This document shows positions 38,148-50,441 of a stretch of DNA of 64,000 bases, in pieces. The stretch's first letter is position 1, and each line of letters starts with the position of its first letter. The notes under the pieces are model-generated. The model had not been told where the DNA came from, made no database searches, and saw only the letters and a list, made by a program, of their open reading frames with translations. Both the position numbers and the translations under genes were made by a program. The stretch spans positions 22,137,235-22,201,234 of the forward strand of contig JBNZDD010013732.1 of NCBI GenBank assembly GCA_050575255.1, written 5' to 3'. Origin of the DNA: Harriotta raleighana. Lineage: Eukaryota.

Positions 38148-38672
38148 TATAGAAACATTGAATTTTACTGCACAAATGGAGGCCATTCGGCCCATCGTGT
38201 CTGTGCCGGCTCTTTGAAAAGAGCTATTCAACCCAGTCAATTCCACTCCCCAGCTCTCTCCCCATAATCCTGCAAACTTGTCCTCCCCAAATAACCATTC
38301 ACCTCTCTTTTAAAAATTGTTATCAAATCGGCCTCCACAACCCTTTCAGGCAATGCATTCCAGATTCGAACAACTCGCTGCATGAAAAAAATTCTCCTCA
38401 CCTCCCACCAGTGGAAACAGTTCTTCCCTGTTTACTCTATTGAATCCCCTCATGAATTTGAAAACCTCTATTAGATCTCCTTGTAACCTTCTCTATTACA
38501 AAGAATAATCCTAGCCTCTCCAACTTTTCCTCATAACTGAAGTCCCTTATACCTGGTACCATCCTGGTAAATCTCCTTTGCACCCTTTCCAATGCCTTAA
38601 CATCTTTCCTAAAGTGTGGTGCCCAGAAATGAACACAGTACTTTAGCTGAGGCCTCACCGGTGCTTTATACA
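38148..38672 (-). mobile_element. CR1-type LINE 3' end
   Basis: - strand ORF LYKAPVRPQLKYCVHFWAPHFRKDVKALERVQRRFTRMVPGIRDFSYEEKLERLGLF (CR1 ORF2 C-terminus) followed by a typical 3' UTR (gggccgaatggcctcc). Confidence 0.92.
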
Positions 38673-40658
38673 GTGATGTGTGATATTCTTCTGGTCTTTT
38701 TAAAGTGTATCCAGATTTATTTATAAAAATTCTGTGAGATATTAACACACACTACACCCCAGTGTCACTGGTTTGGGAGTTCACTGGTTTTCCTACATGG
38801 AAATTCTATTCTTTTAATTATTCTCTGCTTCACTTAAGAATAAAGCGGTCAGAGAATATGAGAGCATATGTGCAGTCTTTATGTAGGCTGAAACCAATTG
38901 ATAAATGTTAAAATGAAAACAGAATGCAATCAGTTTCATCAGTATTTTCCTAACATTAATCATAGCAAAACGTTTACAAATACATTACTTAAGAGGGTTT
39001 TTAAAAAATATATATCAAATCAATGTGTAGCACAAATTTAGTCTAAAACTTTCTGTTGATTTGACAGACTGTAGTACAGTATTAAGTTTACAGGAGAACT
39101 AATGGCATCTTTTTGCAAAGTGTGTTTAAACATTTCTGTTTTTTAAAAGATAGAATGAATAGCACAAATTAGGTGGTGTCGGTTACACGTTTGTTTAAAT
39201 GTTAATATTACAAAACATCCATGTTTTCATTATTCAGCAATAACAAAATCATTCTAACCTAATCGCAAAAATGTTTTAAAAATCATTTCTGATAATAGTT
39301 CAGGTAACTAGATTTTGGTGATGGTTGTTTTCATAGGTTGGATGAATGAATGCCCCTAATACACAAAGCATTCTCAAGTTCTTAAATTGAAGCAATTGAG
39401 AAGCAACGGTATTAAAACAGTTGGATACAGAATGTGCTACTGGCGGTCTTCCCAGACAACATCTTCTATGTCCTAGGAGCACATAATTCAACATGCAAAT
39501 TTGTATGCCCAGTACAAAGTAACAGGGAGTGAAAAACAATTTACTTTCTTAGATATTCTGCAGGAACGCCTTGAGGTCATCTGCATGGGCCTCTGCGGGG
39601 CTGAATGCAGTCTTAAAACATTTTGGGTAGAAACATTCCAACTTTGACCTCTTCATTGCTGTCACTTGACTTGAGGTCACAACAACCACTACATATCTCT
39701 GAGAATATCAGCTTTGGCATTAAGACCAGTAAGATTTAACTGTTCATGGCAAATAATGCATGAAGTAAAATCATATGAAGGCTTTGATTTTGTTTGGTGT
39801 GCAATAAAGCATTGCTGTCAGTTTTTCAGTACATGGCCCCTGTACTGCAGATGGGAGAGCCTCATGGGATGCCCTAGGAGACTTGCAATGCCCAAGCTGT
39901 TCCCATGTTTTGGTAGCGATTTGGTTTTGCCACAGCTCCTTTGTCTGTACAGAATTTCCAGCACGGCGATGAAATTTGGTACATGTGTTTTGGATAGGCC
40001 GAGTAGGGCTTTTGATTTTCCCTATTGCAGTGAGACTGACTGAACAGATGCTGGTCTGTAGGTGTAAAAATGTGTGTTTACCAACAGCAAAAGTTTAGTA
40101 TCTTGTCGAATGGTAGAGTTCTGTAATTTAAGGAGCCTCCATTGAATAATGTGAGCAGTGCTAGGTCAATTGTATTCTGCCTGTACAACTCCTATTTTTT
40201 CACTGATTTTTGTTTCACATTCACAACAGGGTAGTGTAATTCTTTGAGCATTTCACAGGCGGTATTGGATTGGGATTTTTTTTTAAAAAGTGGAATTTGA
40301 AAGATCTTGAATAATATGGGTAACATGTAGCCATCTTAAATACAAAATTCATTGTTTGATTAAACAAAATTCTGTGTAATGTATAACACAGTGTAGATGA
40401 ATTTCATGAGGAAAATTCTCTTTGTACCTGTGGTAATCTGAATTTGAAACTAAAAATGACAGTACAGTATTATTTTTTAAATAGTTGATTTATCTCATCA
40501 CTTGTTTCCTAATGAGTTTTTGATCTGTCACATGTGGAAAAATGATAATCATGCTTTAGAGAATGCAATCTGACTGAGAGCTCAACCAACATGCAAATTT
40601 CCCTGTGTCTGAAATGGAATAAACACTCTGTTCCTGGATGGACACACCCTGCTTACTT

Positions 40659-40760
40659 ATTTCTGAAGTCTGGAGATTGACAAGATTTCTGAAGGTGGAG
40701 GTTGACAAGATTTCTGAAGGTGGAAATTGATAAGATTTCTGAAGGTGGAGATTGACAAGA
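40659..40760 (+). repeat. 25-bp minisatellite x4 (ATTTCTGAAGGTGGAGATTGACAAG)
   Basis: Four near-identical contiguous units without spacers. Confidence 0.92.
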
Positions 40761-43055
40761 ACCAAGGCTTTGGGATGCCAGAGTGTGCATTGTGTCCTGC
40801 CGGAATTTACCCAGCTAAAACCACATAGTTTGCCATTGAGAGCACTCATTTACAAGCTTGCTGATGCTTGCTCACACCACCCTTACCTGTAAGGGCTTTA
40901 TTTGGCTTCCAGAATAAGTAGAAATTTAGCAGGAAGAGTCCTTGCTCCCATTCTCCTGTTCAAGTCCTGCCGATGAACCAAGCTGGCAAGTCTGTTATTA
41001 GGTATGTCATGGGTTACTGCAAGCCTGTCTGGCTCATAATCTGGACTACTTCAGACCACCATAGCGAGTTAACTCAAGTCTGACATTCCATTGATAACTA
41101 CTTCACTTTCGAACTATGTCAGCTCCAAGGAGACCCCATTTAATTATTCTTCCCACCCCATCCCCCAGAAGATAGCCGTTTGATATCCAACAAGCACAGG
41201 TTTGAGCCCTCCTATTCCCCTGAGTGGCTCCGTGTACAAGATGTTGCACATGATCCCTAGGTGAGTTTGCCAATATCACAATATTATAAGCAAACAGAAG
41301 CGCACAGTTCTGTCAGAAATGCCTGGAACAGATCCATCAAGTCCGTTCTCCTTGATTCCATTCAATACATCATTGATGAATACATCAAATAAGGCTGTTC
41401 TGATTTATAGGGAAAATCTAAAGCATTGGACAGAACAAGTTTACATTCATTGGCCATATTCATTCTGTCTGATATTCTGACATCTATCTTCTCAAACATG
41501 TGTTTTTTGATGTTTCTATGCAATCCATTACTAGCTTTTCCAGGTATTCATGAGATTCCTAGCATGTTATGAACAAATCTTGCTGCTTTTCCCTTAGCAC
41601 AGCCTAAAAAGAAACCTTGGTTTGTCAGTTCTGCAAACTCACATTTTTAAAAGCCAATCTTTATTGCATGGTTATCTTGCCTCAAGTAGGATTCTAGTAA
41701 AGGAAAGCTGGAGAAAATAATGTGTTGGAAATAGTTAAGACCAAATTAAGAATATTTGAAAGCAGAAAAGAGCTATAAAAAAAAGAAACGTAAAGGCAGT
41801 GTTAATTACTTTGACTCTCCAATGTGTTTATTGACCTTTTTCCCAGGGCTTGAATCTGTCCTTTTATAAAAGTGACACTATTTTTTAATCACATTGTTGT
41901 CCTGATTTTACCATGTTTAAGATAAGTCCTCCATAAATGTAAGACATCACTTCAATGTGTTATGTATTGACCTGTGTAGTGAGATTAATCACAAGCAGCC
42001 AGTCATCTACTTTGTACCATTTTCCTGCTGTCTTCTGAAGTGCATCTTGAGAACAATGACAGCTGTCAGCTTCCATTAATTATCCAGTGGGCTTTGCTCT
42101 TGTCATTTAAAGATGCCTCTAGTGTCCTTAACAACATGAGCTATATACGAAGACTGTATGATCCATGCAAAGAAGTGCTGAACAGTGTTTTGAGTCTCTT
42201 TGTTTTCTAAGCTGAAGTACAATGAAGGCAGCAAAAACAAGCTTTACACATGTTTCACTGGCCCCTGATCTCTTGTGAATTTCTTCCAGCAGTTTTTAAA
42301 AATCTTTTTTGGTTCTCAGTTACATTGCCCTATTTCTGATTTCTTTATTGTTCCTCCTCTTCAGTTGAGACGATTATAACCTTGGCTTGATTTCTACCAA
42401 TTTTTCAAGAACAAAAATGCCTATTACCTACATTCATCTTTTTCTGCAGGATGCATAATCTTTCCTGTAGATACAACATTCTGTGTCAGACTTTTCTACG
42501 GCTGACATCAATGCCACTTCATGATTAGTCATTGCTAGGATACTTGATTCAATGAGAGGGAGACCTGTCAATCTTTTCCTCCTACCCCATTCAGAAAGTG
42601 TCCTTTGTCTTCACAAGACTGATCTCCCCACACTCACACACCTTTTGCCACATTGCATGTCCTGACTAGGTCCATATTGACAACAGATAAGAATGTTGTG
42701 TAGAAAGTCTATTTCTAACCATTTGTCTATCAGTACTAGTGTGTGCAGTGGTTTTGTTTTTGATTGACCATCCAAATTAATACATGTTACATATCAAAGA
42801 TGTGTATAAAATATATTTCACAATGGGACGAATAAATGTTTTAGGTTAACTATACAGTATATAGAAAATATATTATTTTGCCATGTTTACAATGTGCTTT
42901 ATTTTGTCTACACCTCCTTGAGCCAAGCAGTATTTTCTGGATGAGCATATAGGAAAATTGATTTCTCCTGGCCTCTGCCAATGCTGTGAATTCACAGGCA
43001 ACTGTGAACATCCTGATTGACCTAATGAATGATATTTTCTATGGCATTTACATAG

Positions 43056-43287
43056 GTTACTTACTTTCAAGGCGAGAGGGACAGGCAGGATCACCTGAAA
43101 AGCCACTGTCTGACCTGGGAAGGCTTTCGTACCTTGCATACTGGAAGAGTGTGGTACTAGAATACCTGCAGCAGCATCGTGACAAGCACATCAGCATAAA
43201 GGGGATTAGCAGGGAAACAGGGATGTGTCCACATGATATTGCCATGACTCTACAGCAATTGAGAATGATTGACCGCCGAGATTACAA
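43056..43287 (+). CDS. KAT6B: KAT6B coding exon (exon 14 eq.), catalytic Glu region
   Basis: catag|GT TAC...TAC AA|gtaagt; (S)[32 protein letters not shown]...MIDRRDY; 232 nt. Confidence 0.98.
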
Positions 43288-43594
43288 GTAAGTTCGCTAT
43301 GCAAGCCTTAAATTAATTAAAAGGCCAATTGTAATTATGCATCGTATACATGAGGGAGAAGGGAATAGAGTGGTATAGGTGAGGGGAATTGGGTGGGGAC
43401 TGGTATGGAGTATTAATGGAGTACTGTTGCTGAATGATTGGGCCAAATGATCGGTGAACTTTCAACCATTCTGCCCATGGTCTCTAGAACAGCCTTGCCC
43501 CCTCCCTCCCATGGCTGAAACCTGCCTTAACCTATCTTCACCACCATACTTTTGGTCACCTTTCCCCATTCCTCACCTTAGCTCAGTCAGCTGT

Positions 43595-43675
43595 GTGAAA
43601 TGCTTTGAGATATCCTCCCAAGGCACTATATTGTGTTCTTATCAAGCATTTCTGTTGAGTTTACATAGCCTAATG
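43595..43675 (+). repeat. Interspersed repeat tail, second copy at about 46345-46420
   Basis: gctttgagatatcctcccaaggcactatattgtgttcttatcaagcatttctg vs gctttgagacgtcctcccaaggtactatatcatgttcttattaagcatttctg. Confidence 0.7.
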
Positions 43676-43739
43676 GGGAGGCTAAATTCTTCTCAATAGT
43701 CAACCCCCCGTTATAATGGAAGTGGAATCCAAATTTATA

Positions 43740-43905
43740 CCTACCCACTTTAAATTGCTCTGGACTGAGGAGAGTTTTCAGAGTATTAAAGAGGAGAAAG
43801 TGGGAAATTGGAATTGAAAGGATTAGTCGAGATACAGATCAACCATGATCTAATTAATTGGCAAATAGGCTTGAAGGGCTGAATGACCCACTCCTGTTCC
43901 TAAGT
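43740..43905 (+). mobile_element. CR1-type LINE extreme 3' end
   Basis: gatcaaccatgatctaattaattggcaaataggcttgaagggctgaatgacccactcctgttcct resembles chondrichthyan CR1 3' UTR. Confidence 0.6.
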
Positions 43906-44249
43906 TCTCTGCATGTATGGCACTTTATGAACCACCATGAAATGACAGTTCATTTACAACCTTTTTAATAACATTTAAAATGTTGCGGGTAAATAATGGT
44001 CCAGACGTTTAACTGCTTTCATATTCAGCCAATGGCTGCATGTTTTTTTTCCTTCAATGCAGTTCTGGATTGAAACAATCCCACTAAAACCTCATTCATG
44101 CTGTATTTAACATCAATTTGACTCCAGGCTAACAGGCTAGTGATTCAGTATTTCAATGTTATCTTGGTAATCTTCGGAAGCAAAAAACGTTTGTTCACAA
44201 TTTGCTTTTGTACAAATGACATCTAATATATAGCGATTTCTAACAGGAA

Positions 44250-44560
44250 TCCTCTTGGTCAGAAGATTGAGGGTTCAAACTCCCATGTGTAGACTTAGCT
44301 CACAGTCTGAATACTCCATTGCATTGTTGGAGGAATGCAATGTTGTCAGGGGTGTTTTTCGATGAGATGTTAAACCGTTAACAGTTAATTTGAACAACAT
44401 TTGATTTAAAAAGGGTATTTCTATGCTGCTTGGCTTTATCTAGAATGCTGCAGATAAATTGATCATTGGCTTTTTCTGAGACATTGCTGTATGCAAATTG
44501 GCTGTTGTGATTGTTTGAATAATCACTGCACTTGACAGTAATTACCTGTAAAGAAAGCAT
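44250..44560 (+). mobile_element. DeuSINE-like SINE
   Basis: B-box-like gggttcaaactccc and core gatgagatgttaaaccg...attgctgtatgcaaattggctg. Confidence 0.6.
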
Positions 44561-44707
44561 TTTGATCAAATGGAAAGATTGTAATATATGCACAGCACAA
44601 AAGCAATGTAGAATTGCAGTGGGTTAGATGATTGAACTGCATTGGTTTGTTTAAAGATATTGCAGGGTAAAGGTATGGTTAGTCGAACTAACCAAGTTCT
44701 ACAAGTA

Positions 44708-45559
44708 TAGTTAACCCTCGTCGAAGGCGACTTTATCGATTGCGAATTCAAGTATACGTTCGAAACAAAAGCATCACTTTTTTGTGCTGGCTGGCCTAAG
44801 CGCATGCGCACAGGTGAAGACGCCGATAGCTCCCGACTAAATCCGATGATTCCTCGGCTGGCTGGTCCCACGCGCATGTGCATTTTTGACGAAGCCGGCA
44901 AATCCCTGCGCGCAATGCATTCTGGGTAAATAGAATAACGCTGCAGCCTCGGAGAATCTTATTATGTTGCATGGTAAACAGAAGAGGCAGAGAAAGAGAC
45001 AGGAATCGTACAGCAATGTAGGCTAATCTACCCTGTTTTATTGCTTTTTTTTATTGCTTTATTGCTTTGTTATCACTTTATTATAGCAATAGAGGATAGC
45101 AAAGCTGCTGTAACATTTCTGTGTCCCCAGCACTCTGCCCTCCGAGCAGCTCGCTGCCCCGCACTTCCCCGAGTCCCCCGCTTCTCCAAGCAGTTCTCTT
45201 CCCCCGCACCTTCCCGAGTCCTCCTCACCTCCGATCGGCTCGCTGCCCCGCGCCTCCAAGAGGTTCTCTGTTCTCTCCCCCCCGCCATCCGCCCGCCCCT
45301 CTCCCCGATTTCTCTCTGCCTCCCTCCCGGGCTGTCCTGATTTGCTCACTTCCTGGATGGTGGGAGAGACGAGAGCAGGAAGAGTGGGGGGGGGGAATGG
45401 TACCTTGCATCGGATGTGCTGGAGCCTTGAGGTCGGTAGCCTGCTTCTGGATTCCCGTAACCCCCCTTTTCCCATTACTTCTTAAGCTTCTCCAAAGCGA
45501 TTTTGTTGAGTCCGCAGTTTTCCAGGAACGTAACCCCCACAATTGACGAGGGTTAACTG
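44708..45559. mobile_element. CpG-rich non-autonomous Tc1/mariner (Tigger/pogo-like) MITE
   Basis: TIRs (T/C)AGTTAACCCTCGTC at 44708-44722 and GACGAGGGTTAACTG at 45545-45559; TA TSD at 44706-07 and 45560-61; no transposase ORF. Confidence 0.88.
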
Positions 45560-45814
45560 TACACCATCAGACATAGGATTTTTTTTTAAAAAGGAAGATT
45601 TTCATATGAATAATAGTGAGAATTTATATGACTGTATCACAAGATCATTTATTGCTCAGATTGATGTTTATGTAGCATGAGAACAGCAGCAGCTCTTAGA
45701 CCAGTTTTGTCAAAACTGTTTTTAATGAAATGATGACTTTTATTGGTAGCATAAATAAGATAATTCAGTGAACCCACTGTAGATCTGTGATGTAAGGTTA
45801 CATTTGTTTTGTAG

Positions 45815-45974
45815 ATTTGTTATTATTCGACGGGAAAAACTCATTCAACAACATGTGGAACGTTTGCACGTTAACCCACGCATTAACAAAGTGGACCAAG
45901 AAAGCCTTCGATGGACTCCATTAGTAGTTTCCAGTGCTGCTGTTTCAGAAGAAGAAAGGGAGGCTGAAAAAGAG
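45815..45974 (+). CDS. KAT6B: KAT6B coding exon (exon 15 eq.), end of MYST domain
   Basis: ttgtag|A TTT GTT...AAA GAG|gtaatt; [17 protein letters not shown]...[24 protein letters not shown]; 160 nt. Confidence 0.97.
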
Positions 45975-47114
45975 GTAATTTTTAAATGACTTGACACTTT
46001 AGATAATACAGATCCAGGAGCATTTGATATTGTTTGATTTCAATTCTGGCCTGAACGATAGCATTATTTTTAAACAGTTGGATGGAGGGTATTCTGGATG
46101 AATGAGGTCAAATTGGCTGAAGGTCTTCTTCATTCAAAAATTATCTTGGGATCTTATAATGTAAAGTCTTGAATTGTACAGTTCCATTCTACAAATGGTG
46201 GTAACAGCAGTGTGATTATATATATATATATAGAGAGATTTTTTAAAAAGCTTTATACAGGAAAGAAAGGTGCCAATAGCGAAAATTCATGGTTTTAAGT
46301 ATTGTATGATGCAAAGTACTCCCCCAGCTCAGTCAGCCATGCAAAACGCTTTGAGACGTCCTCCCAAGGTACTATATCATGTTCTTATTAAGCATTTCTG
46401 ATGCGCTTACAGAGCCTATTTTGGAAGTTTAGGGCCGCGAACCTAGAAGCATCAATCCTTGCAGCAACATTAGGAAATCACATTCAGTGTGGGCACTCAC
46501 AATCCTCATTATTTTTCATATGTCAGCAACATCCAAGAAATCTAGACACAATTATGCCAAATTTGCTTTTATTAATAGGTTTATTAATTTGATTCATAAG
46601 ATATCCTCACATTACAGATTTTTTTCAAGTGTACCTATTTTAATAATAATGCTGACTGTAATGTATATAAACTTGTATGTTGTTCCAAAGCAAAAAAAAA
46701 GTCAACTTGTAGAATTAAAAAGGAAACAAGAAAATACTCCTATTGTGAGTCCTAAGAAAGTTTGTTGAAGCTACATCAGATGTGATAGCGTCAGTTCTGC
46801 TCAATGTAGTCTTGAAAAGCAACACAGTAAACAATCAATTCAGTGTGTCTGAGGAGTCTCACAAGATTGGTTCTTGTCAGTGGACATGTTTACAATGAAA
46901 CAGAACCTCAATCAATTCACTTTATAATTAATAGTTCTAAATATTCCATGAAATGTGATCCTTCTCTGGCTGCTCATTATAACTGTTCTGAACAAGCTGC
47001 TAGTTGATTGAGTTTGGAACAGTTCCATTAAAACAGTAGTATTTGACAGAACAGCTGTTAATTTACCTCTGAATGATGTAGGTTCGTAACCTTGTTATCC
47101 ACTTCCAATTTTAG

Positions 47115-47375
47115 GCTGATCATCTGATGGAACAAGCTAGTTGCTGGGAAAAAGAGCAAGAGCTTTATACTGAAACGCAGGCCAGTAAGCATTTAACTCC
47201 AAATGGACCATGTAAAAATAGATCAGTACAGTCAGAATGTCTTTCTGCCAATGGTGAACCAGTAATGAAGTGCACTAAAGAAACGAGTGAAGAAGATGAT
47301 GATGACAATGATGATCTTCAGCCCAACTCACCACCAGCCCTAACAAAACCACAGTTACGAGGACCTAAGAGGAAG
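47115..47375 (+). CDS. KAT6B: KAT6B coding exon (exon 16 eq.), acidic region
   Basis: tttag|GCT GAT CAT...AGG AAG|gtaagc; ADHLMEQASCWEKEQE...SPPALTKPQLRGPKRK; 261 nt. Confidence 0.95.
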
Positions 47376-48038
47376 GTAAGCTCAAAAAATGAAACTAGTG
47401 TTTAATTTCAAGCAACAATTTTTGCACCTTTTAAAAATACATATATTTTTATCTTAAAAGCTGAGCAAATAATAGGATTTTAATTTAGTATTTAATTCAG
47501 TGTTTAATTTCTGGTATTTCTCAGTTGCGCAACTTGGATTTCCTTTTGGTAACAATATCTTGCATTTATATAGTGCCCTTCATTCAAGTAGTTCCTTGGA
47601 ATGTTTAACAGGAAGCAAGTCACATGAACCCAATGAAACTCCATTCTGATGTGATGCGCTTCCAGACGTGGAGTTTCCATAGATAGTCATGAATTCTAAT
47701 GGTATTTCTTATTATGGAATGCCACTAGGAAACACAATAAACTTAACATCAACGTCTCTGGCCTCATTAGGAAACCTTAGTTAAGTAGCAATGACTTGAG
47801 TCTTCTTTTGGAGGTGAAAAAAGGGCAAACTAGCTGCAACTGAAATTTCATTTCAAAGCCTGTTTTTTGCCAACTGTCTTTATATCTGTCTCTTTTTGAC
47901 TCATGTCCTCACCTCAGTTCTTATTTAGCATAAATAGTAGCATTCATGTTTCCACAAATGACAGTAAATTGGTAATCTCACTCAGAGGCATAATGATGAC
48001 TTGTAAGAGAAATGGAAAAATCCATACTGGTGCAGTCA

Positions 48039-48140
48039 CTGTGGTTCCAACATTGTGGTTTAACCAAGACCTCAAAAGGTATGAGTTAAAGCTCTCATAG
48101 CTTTTGAGGTTTGGATTAAAGCACATTGCTGGAACCACAG
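48039..48140. repeat. ~47-bp-arm inverted repeat (hairpin), probably an ancient palindromic DNA element
   Basis: ctgtggttccaacattgtggtttaaccaagacctcaaaaggtatgag-[8 nt]-ctcatagcttttgaggtttggattaaagcacattgctggaaccacag. Confidence 0.85.
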
Positions 48141-48840
48141 AAAGGCAGCTTAACTCAATGTCTAGCCATGCTATAACTAACATGGTGTGCTAGAGACTGC
48201 TATTTTGGCCAAATGTAAGAAATATCTCAATGCTGATTCCTCAGCCAAAAAAGTGTCTACAGCAGTAATAACACAACACAGTTAATGAACTCAACAGGAA
48301 GTAAAAACTGAGTTTATGGTGAATATTAGCTGAAATCAGGATGAATTTGTTCACCATTTTACATCACTGTTGTTTAGAAGGCACAAAAAAACCTTACTAC
48401 AAAAAATATTTTAGGTTTTTGAAAGGGATGTTTACACTTTTTGCTGTTTCAGATGAGCTCAGAAGCATACTTATTGAAGCTTGCCTACCAAATACACGGT
48501 CGGTATACTTTGTCGTAAATCTTGTAAAGCATTTTCAGATGACCTCCTGAGTGCAAAGCCACTATAGCAAATGCAAGGATTATTATATATTATATATACT
48601 TGTATATATATGTGTGTGTGAATTAGTGCAGAATGCACAAATGTGTGGTGATGTTATAACATGATTACAGGAAGGGTTTCACACCTCACCACAGTTTATC
48701 AGTTATTTATGGTGGATGTGAATGTTCACTCTACATAATTTAAATGAATACTAAAAACCTTTTGCAAATTTGGCCTTTTCCATTTTATTTATTATCTGTG
48801 GGTTTACGTAATCCTTCTGGTTCTCAGAGTCGGTACAATA

Positions 48841-48854
48841 TCGCCCTCTGGTGT
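48841..48854 (-). promoter_or_regulatory. CTCF-like motif
   Basis: - strand ACACCAGAGGGCGA versus consensus CCACCAGGGGGCGC. Confidence 0.45.
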
Positions 48855-49432
48855 TTTCAGATCTGAGACTTAAATTTCTCAGAATTATTTTTATTAAGGT
48901 CCTCTTTGTCTCAAGTTAATAATAATGTAACATTCATCTATAAGCTAAAGCTTGAGCCATCTCTGCTAAAACTATGTTTCAATGCTTAGAATTCCACTTG
49001 GCTTCAACATATCAGGAGGGAGAGAACAAACAATACACCATGCATAACATTATAAAAATTGTAGATAATTATAATCTGTCAATGTCATTCTGGGTAAAAC
49101 AAACAACAAAATTACATTTTTTTTAAAGTGAACTAAAATATTTGCATGATTGGCAAAAGTATTTGTAAATAGCAAATCTAACATGTTTTAGCTGATCTGC
49201 TACAAGTCATTGAATGCAAAAAAAAATATTGTTATCTACTCAAGTCAGCGTTTGAGTGGTTTAACTGACTGAAACATATCCACAATTTGCCAGATACGAA
49301 TCTCATAGTTTACATAGATCCCAAAGACTAAACTTAGATTTGATGTGAAAGGTTTCTTTTGAAGGTGCCTTTAAGTGTTTTGTTTACTATAATTCGCTAT
49401 ACTAAAGGATTACTATTTTCTTGCTGTTTCAG

Positions 49433-49754
49433 AGGCTTCCCATTCACCGAAAGAAGAGGGGTCGCAAGCGCCGGAGACACAATAGTAGTGTAACTACAGA
49501 GACGATTTCTGAAACAACTGAAGTGCTGCATGAAGCCTTTGCGAACTCTGATGATGAGCGTCAAATGCCCTGCCTGGAACCTACATGTGAGGAAGAGGAG
49601 AACGATGAGGAAGATGAAAATGATGAACTAAAGAATTATTTCAGGCCTAACCGTCGCCGGTTGGCCTTTGAAAAGCAAAACACAAATCCAGAAGATGAGG
49701 GAGAAGATCACTGCAAGAGTGCAGATGAAGCTCCTGAGAAAGAACAATGCACAG
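49433..49754 (+). CDS. KAT6B: KAT6B coding exon (exon 17 eq.)
   Basis: tttcag|AGG CTT...ACA G|gtaaca; [32 protein letters not shown]...; 322 nt. Confidence 0.95.
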
Positions 49755-50441
49755 GTAACAGTCTAAAAACAATGAGAATAAATTATTAGAAGCAAAGATT
49801 TCACTTGTTTTTACCAGCTTGAGGAATTTGAAGTATGGAGTGAAAGTTAAATTAATGTATCTTGATTGTTAAATCTTAATGGGGAGGATAAGAGTAAAGG
49901 GAAATATCCTTTGAAATATACGGTCAATGCACTTTACAGTATATTCTGCAAACTGTTTTGAGATGTCTCAATGATATGAGAAGGAGCTATATCAAATGCA
50001 AGGATTTTTAAATAACGCTTATGTCCTTTTATTTCTGCATTTGGGATCTTATTTTATAGTCGACATCAGGAAATAGCTCAACGGGGAATTTTGTGGATTA
50101 GCATCTGGGCCATTTATGGATGATATTCAGGAAGTGTCTCAGCTGGAAAAGTTTGTGCCAGCTGAGTACACAGCATTATTTGGCCAGTATAGACATTATT
50201 CCTGAAATCATTTGCTTTCACTTTTCCTTCAATCCCCCTTATATTACCTCCCGCTTAATGTGTCTTTATCAACAATAGGTTATTTTAATGTTATTTCCAC
50301 AACATTGAGATAACTTTATTTTAACTTTTTGCCAGCACTAAATAGAACTGTGGAAGTGGATATACTGTGAACAACAAAGTTATTCAAAGTGGACATCAAC
50401 AAATGTTTTGATGTGTACGTTGTTTTTTTGTCCTTCTTCAG

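Noticed and set aside
40659-40760. 25-bp repeats as a CRISPR-like array
   Set aside because: Units are contiguous without unique spacers, and the context is a vertebrate intron; ordinary minisatellite.
45041-45546. Five overlapping ORFs (71-141 aa) on both strands
   Set aside because: Low-complexity products of the GC-rich MITE interior; no transposase or other domain motifs.
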